DNA of 64,000 nucleotides from Corallococcus sp. AS-1-12 (GTDB lineage Bacteria; Myxococcota; Myxococcia; Myxococcales; Myxococcaceae): NCBI RefSeq assembly GCF_020036995.1, contig NZ_JAIQDD010000010.1, positions 161,433 to 225,432 of the forward strand, read 5' to 3'. Shown piece by piece: positions 61,026 to 64,000 of this stretch (position 1 is its first letter; each line of letters starts with the position of its first letter). The notes under the pieces were generated by a model. It saw only the letters and a program-made list of their open reading frames with translations, ran no database searches and was not told where the DNA came from. The position numbers and the translations under genes were made by a program.

Positions 61026-61683
61026 CACGACACAGCAGGCGCAGGAGTTGTTCGGCACGCTGGACGAGTACCTGCTCGAGCTGGCCGACGGCCTGGCGAA
61101 GGCCCAGCAGGAGCTGGGGGGCATCTCCGCGGCGGGCGCGCCCGGCCGGCAGTTCACCTACTACGTGCCGAAGCTGGAGTTCGAGCTGCGGATGGACCTG
61201 CGGGTGGAGACGTCCACCACCACCACCGGACCGGTGGCCAACGGGAAGATATTGAAGATGCGGCCCGTGCGGCTGGCGGACGTGGCCTCTTCGCAGACGA
61301 AGACGGAGATCGTCAGCGTGATCCGCGGCAGCTTCGTCGCGGTGCCGGCCAACGAGGGCCTGCCTCCGGTGGTGCTGGACGCCCGCTGCGTCATCGGCGA
61401 CGGGGGCGTGCCGGGCGTGGTGGTGCGCGTGCGCAACGCCGCGGGCGAGGCCCTGCCGGGCGTGGAGGTGGAGTTCAACCTGGACCGCAGGACGACGCAG
61501 TCGCTGTCCGGCGTGGCGCCGCTGGCGGGCACGGACGTGGTGCTCGCGGTGGTGAGGACGGACGCGGCGGGGGAGGCGCGGACGACGCTGCGCGTGGCGG
61601 CCGGCGAGCAGGCCCGCATCCTGGCGCTCACGGTGGACGCCGCGTCGCGGACGCTGGCGCTGTCCTGTGAGGTGGCTCGATGA
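61018..61683 (+). CDS. Family member 5 (221 aa)
   Basis: ATG overlapping the upstream stop (ATGAGTGA). LDEYLLELADGLAKAQQELGG...FTYYVPKLEFELRMDLRVE; the C-terminal portion is divergent. Confidence 0.5.
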   Translation: MSDTTQQAQELFGTLDEYLLELADGLAKAQQELGGISAAGAPGRQFTYYVPKLEFELRMDLRVETSTTTTGPVANGKILKMRPVRLADVASSQTKTEIVSVIRGSFVAVPANEGLPPVVLDARCVIGDGGVPGVVVRVRNAAGEALPGVEVEFNLDRRTTQSLSGVAPLAGTDVVLAVVRTDAAGEARTTLRVAAGEQARILALTVDAASRTLALSCEVAR

Positions 61684-62411
61684 AGGTCCGGGCCGTGTTC
61701 CACAAGGCCACGGGAGTCCCCGTGGCGGGAATGAAGGTGGCGTGGTGGGTCCCCGCGAAGACGGGCACCTTCGAGCTGCGCGACACCGGGGTGACGAACG
61801 AGGCGGGCGTGCTGGAGATGGAGGTCAGCAGCGCCACCTTCGGCTCCCACCTCCGGCTGGGCTCCGCCGGGGTGGCCACCTTCCCGGTGAAGATGAGCAG
61901 CACCCTCATCGACTACGGGACGATGGTCGTCCTGGAGCCCGCGAGGGAGGACGTGCGCGCCGTGTCCTCCGCCGCGGTGGAGCCCACCCAGGAGCCCGCC
62001 CTGGAGGAGGGCACGTCCCTGGTGCTGTCCGACAAGCTGAAGTCGGCGGGCCAGCAGATTGAAGCGGTGCGCGCGTCGCTGACGACGGTGCGGTTGAGCA
62101 CCGTCCGCGTGCGGTGGATGGAGACGACGCCCGAGGGCGTGACGGAGGCGGAGGCCCAGTTCGTGGAGCAGTCGCCCGCCGCGCCCGAGACGGGCGACGC
62201 GCCCGCCCGCGAGGTGCCGGACTTCCGGGGGCTGACGGCCTCGGCGGCCCGGCGGCGCGCGGCGGAGGCGGGGCTGCGGGTGGACCCGATGCCGCTCTTC
62301 GTCAAGGAGCCCGGGCAGTGGGGCCGCGTGCTGCGGCAGGTGCCGGAGCCGGGCAAGCCGCTCGCTTCGGGCCCCGTGCAGTTGATCATTGGCCAGGCGA
62401 TGGAGGGCTGA
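61680..62411 (+). CDS. Protein with C-terminal PASTA domain
   Basis: ATGA overlap with the upstream gene. C-terminus VPDFRGLTASAARRRAAEAGLRVDPMPLFVKEPGQWGRVLRQVPEPGKPLASGPVQLIIG fits PASTA. No signal peptide. Confidence 0.5.
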   Translation: MKVRAVFHKATGVPVAGMKVAWWVPAKTGTFELRDTGVTNEAGVLEMEVSSATFGSHLRLGSAGVATFPVKMSSTLIDYGTMVVLEPAREDVRAVSSAAVEPTQEPALEEGTSLVLSDKLKSAGQQIEAVRASLTTVRLSTVRVRWMETTPEGVTEAEAQFVEQSPAAPETGDAPAREVPDFRGLTASAARRRAAEAGLRVDPMPLFVKEPGQWGRVLRQVPEPGKPLASGPVQLIIGQAMEG

Positions 62412-62414
62412 ACC

Positions 62415-63083
62415 ATGGCGGATTCGAATGACGTCCCCCAGTTGGAGGCGCTGAGCGCGCCGCTGGGCGCGTTGATCTCCTCGGTGGGCCGCGGCGTGGC
62501 GGAGGCGCAGCGGGAGCTGGACGCGGCGACCATCGAGCGGATCCGCGAGCTCTACGCCTCGGACGAGGACCTGGCGGTGGAGCTGCAGCGCATCGGCTAC
62601 CGGCCGACCTGGTACCACATCCCCGAGGCCGAGGCGGAGATCGCCGTGGCGCTGTCCATCACCTCGGAGGAGCGGACGCAGGGGCGCACGCGCCTGAAGA
62701 TGTACGGCGCGCCCCTGGACGCCAGCTACACCAACCGTTTCGCCTACAGCCTGACGGCGCAGTCGCGGCTGAAGTTCCGGGTGGTGCCGGTGCCGCCCTC
62801 GCCCCAGGCGGAGGCGCTGGTGGTGGTGCCGGCGGTGGTGGGGAAGACGGTGGGGGACGCGCGGGCGCTGCTGTCCGCCATCGGCGTGCCCCACCGGTTC
62901 CCCAGCGGCGCGGCGGACGCCGCCCTGGTCCTCTCGGCCTCGGCCGAGCCGGGGACGCTGCTGCCGCGCGGCACCGAGCTGGTGCTCACCGTTCAGACGA
63001 CCGGCGGAGGGAAGCTCCCGCCCACCGGAGTCCTCACCCGCTCGCCCGTCCTGGAGACCGTGGCCGCCGAGCCCTTGAAGTGA
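62415..63083 (+). CDS. Family member 6 with C-terminal PASTA domain
   Basis: ISSVGRGVAEAQRELD...RPTWYHIPEAEAEIAVALSI...YTNRFAYSLTAQSRLKFRVVPVPPSP, then VVVPAVVGKTVGDARALLSAIGVPHRF...GTELVLTV (PASTA-like). Confidence 0.55.
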   Translation: MADSNDVPQLEALSAPLGALISSVGRGVAEAQRELDAATIERIRELYASDEDLAVELQRIGYRPTWYHIPEAEAEIAVALSITSEERTQGRTRLKMYGAPLDASYTNRFAYSLTAQSRLKFRVVPVPPSPQAEALVVVPAVVGKTVGDARALLSAIGVPHRFPSGAADAALVLSASAEPGTLLPRGTELVLTVQTTGGGKLPPTGVLTRSPVLETVAAEPLK

Positions 63084-63102
63084 ACGGACGGTCCGTGCCG
63101 CG

Positions 63103-63537
63103 ATGGAGGCCCCTGGCGCGATGAGTGACGCCATCGACCTGGAGGCCCTGCTGGTGGACCTGCGTGAGTCGCTCGCGCGGGTCCAGGCGCGGCTCGGCGC
63201 CGGCCCCATCGTGCTGGGGCCGGTGGAGCTGGAGCTGCACGGCGCGGTCACCGCGGACGGGACGGGGATGCACTTCACCCCTGGAGGCCCCGGCGAGGTG
63301 CGGGCCGTGTTCGTCCAGCAGGGCCCCGAGGCGGCACCGCCCCCCGCGCCGGAGCTGTTGGGCCTGACGCGGAGCGCCGCCGTGCGCAAGGCTCGCCTGG
63401 CTGGAGCCTCGCTGGAGGTGACGGACGTGCCCTGCCTGTCGCCGGAGCAGGCGGGGCGGGTGTGCTGGCAGCGCCCCGAGGCCGGAGCGCCCCTGACGGA
63501 GGGTCACATCGCGGTGGGACTGTACGTTACCGGCTGA
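63103..63537 (+). CDS. Short family-like protein with C-terminal PASTA domain
   Basis: LVDLRESLARVQARLG...VELELHGAV resembles the family N-terminal half. C-terminus PELLGLTRSAAVRKARLAGASLEVTDVP...GHIAVGLYV (PASTA-like). An alternative start is 63121. Confidence 0.45.
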   Translation: MEAPGAMSDAIDLEALLVDLRESLARVQARLGAGPIVLGPVELELHGAVTADGTGMHFTPGGPGEVRAVFVQQGPEAAPPPAPELLGLTRSAAVRKARLAGASLEVTDVPCLSPEQAGRVCWQRPEAGAPLTEGHIAVGLYVTG

Positions 63538-63588
63538 GCCGCGCGATTTTTCACGGTGCCCCGGCGCCAACCCCTAGAGTCGGGCCCG

Positions 63589-63999
63589 ATGAGTGCCTCC
63601 GCCGACACCCGCGCCCCGCTCGCCGCCCTGCTGCCCAAGCCCGGCGAGCCCCCACTCGACGCCGACGAGATCCTCAACCGCTTCGTGAGCTACGTGGCCA
63701 CGAACGGCTTGAGCCTGTACTCCGCCCAGGAGGAGGCCATCCTGGAGCTCCTCAGCGACAAGCACCTGTTCCTCAAGACGCCCACGGGCTCCGGCAAGTC
63801 GCTGGTGGCCATGGCGCTCCACTTCAAGGCCATGGCCGAGGGCAAGGTGTCGTTCTACACGTGCCCCATCAAGGCGCTGGTGAACGAGAAGTTCTTCGCG
63901 CTCTCCAAGGCCTTCGGCCCGGAGAACGTGGGCATGCTGACGGGCGACGCGTCCATCAACCGCGAGGCGCCCATCCTCTGCTGCACGGCGGAGATCCTC
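63589..63999 (+). CDS. DEAD/DEAH-box (Lhr-like) helicase, 5' fragment running off the window
   Basis: [16 protein letters not shown] (Walker A / motif I) and [11 protein letters not shown] (motif Ia); the ORF is open to the window end. Confidence 0.7.
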   Translation, partial: MSASADTRAPLAALLPKPGEPPLDADEILNRFVSYVATNGLSLYSAQEEAILELLSDKHLFLKTPTGSGKSLVAMALHFKAMAEGKVSFYTCPIKALVNEKFFALSKAFGPENVGMLTGDASINREAPILCCTAEIL

Positions 64000-64000
64000 T

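Noticed and set aside
61161-63389. 742-aa minus-strand ORF
   Set aside because: Antisense shadow of the PASTA/family genes.

Overview
High-GC (~65-70%) chromosomal segment with strong myxobacterial signatures: a MYXO-CTERM sorting tag, thrombospondin-type-3/OmpA and Kelch proteins, a DUF2378 paralogue and many lipoproteins. No rRNA, tRNA, CRISPR array, integrase or transposase was recognised.

Layout of the window:
- (i) 101-13217: a polysaccharide/glycan biosynthesis locus. It holds a 1236-aa methyltransferase + two-glycosyltransferase fusion, a SAM methyltransferase, an integral membrane protein, a small membrane protein coupled to a GT2 gene (ATGA overlap), a GT4 gene, and a complete dTDP-L-rhamnose set (rmlB, rmlD, rmlA, rmlC).
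- (ii) ~13.3-20.4 kb: housekeeping and secreted proteins. These include a YihY-family protein, a CXXCH lipoprotein, a divergent HxlR-GST pair, a serine hydrolase, a pentapeptide-repeat protein, and two paralogous Cys-rich lipoproteins.
- (iii) ~20.4-28.9 kb: a visibly lower-GC three-gene minus-strand operon that looks like an antiphage defence island. It encodes a DUF4011 / Upf1-like SF1 helicase / Vsr-like nuclease / DUF3320 giant protein (Hhe-like), a TM + coiled-coil + DUF4041 + T5orf172 (GIY-YIG-like) protein, and a SIR2_2 protein with a TM helix and an extracytoplasmic tail.
- (iv) 29-50 kb: ABC-F ATPase, tgt, a Cho-like GIY-YIG protein, an OmpA/TSP3 protein, a Kelch/HYR/MYXO-CTERM giant, a PD-(D/E)xK lipoprotein with a putative immunity partner, an MnmC-like methyltransferase, a LysR-NmrA divergent pair, and a Pat-like acyl-CoA synthetase-GNAT fusion.
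- (v) 51.9-63.5 kb: a Ser/Thr kinase and a DUF4142 lipoprotein next to an ~9 kb plus-strand operon of at least eleven tightly packed genes. Seven of these belong to one unrecognised paralogous family. Three members carry C-terminal PASTA domains. One member is split by a ~540-aa OmpA-like insertion. The operon also holds an L7/L12-CTD-like repeat protein and a Met-rich coiled-coil protein.

The most interesting candidates for an undescribed system are the operon in (v) and the defence island in (iii). Many long antisense shadow ORFs in the six-frame track were rejected.
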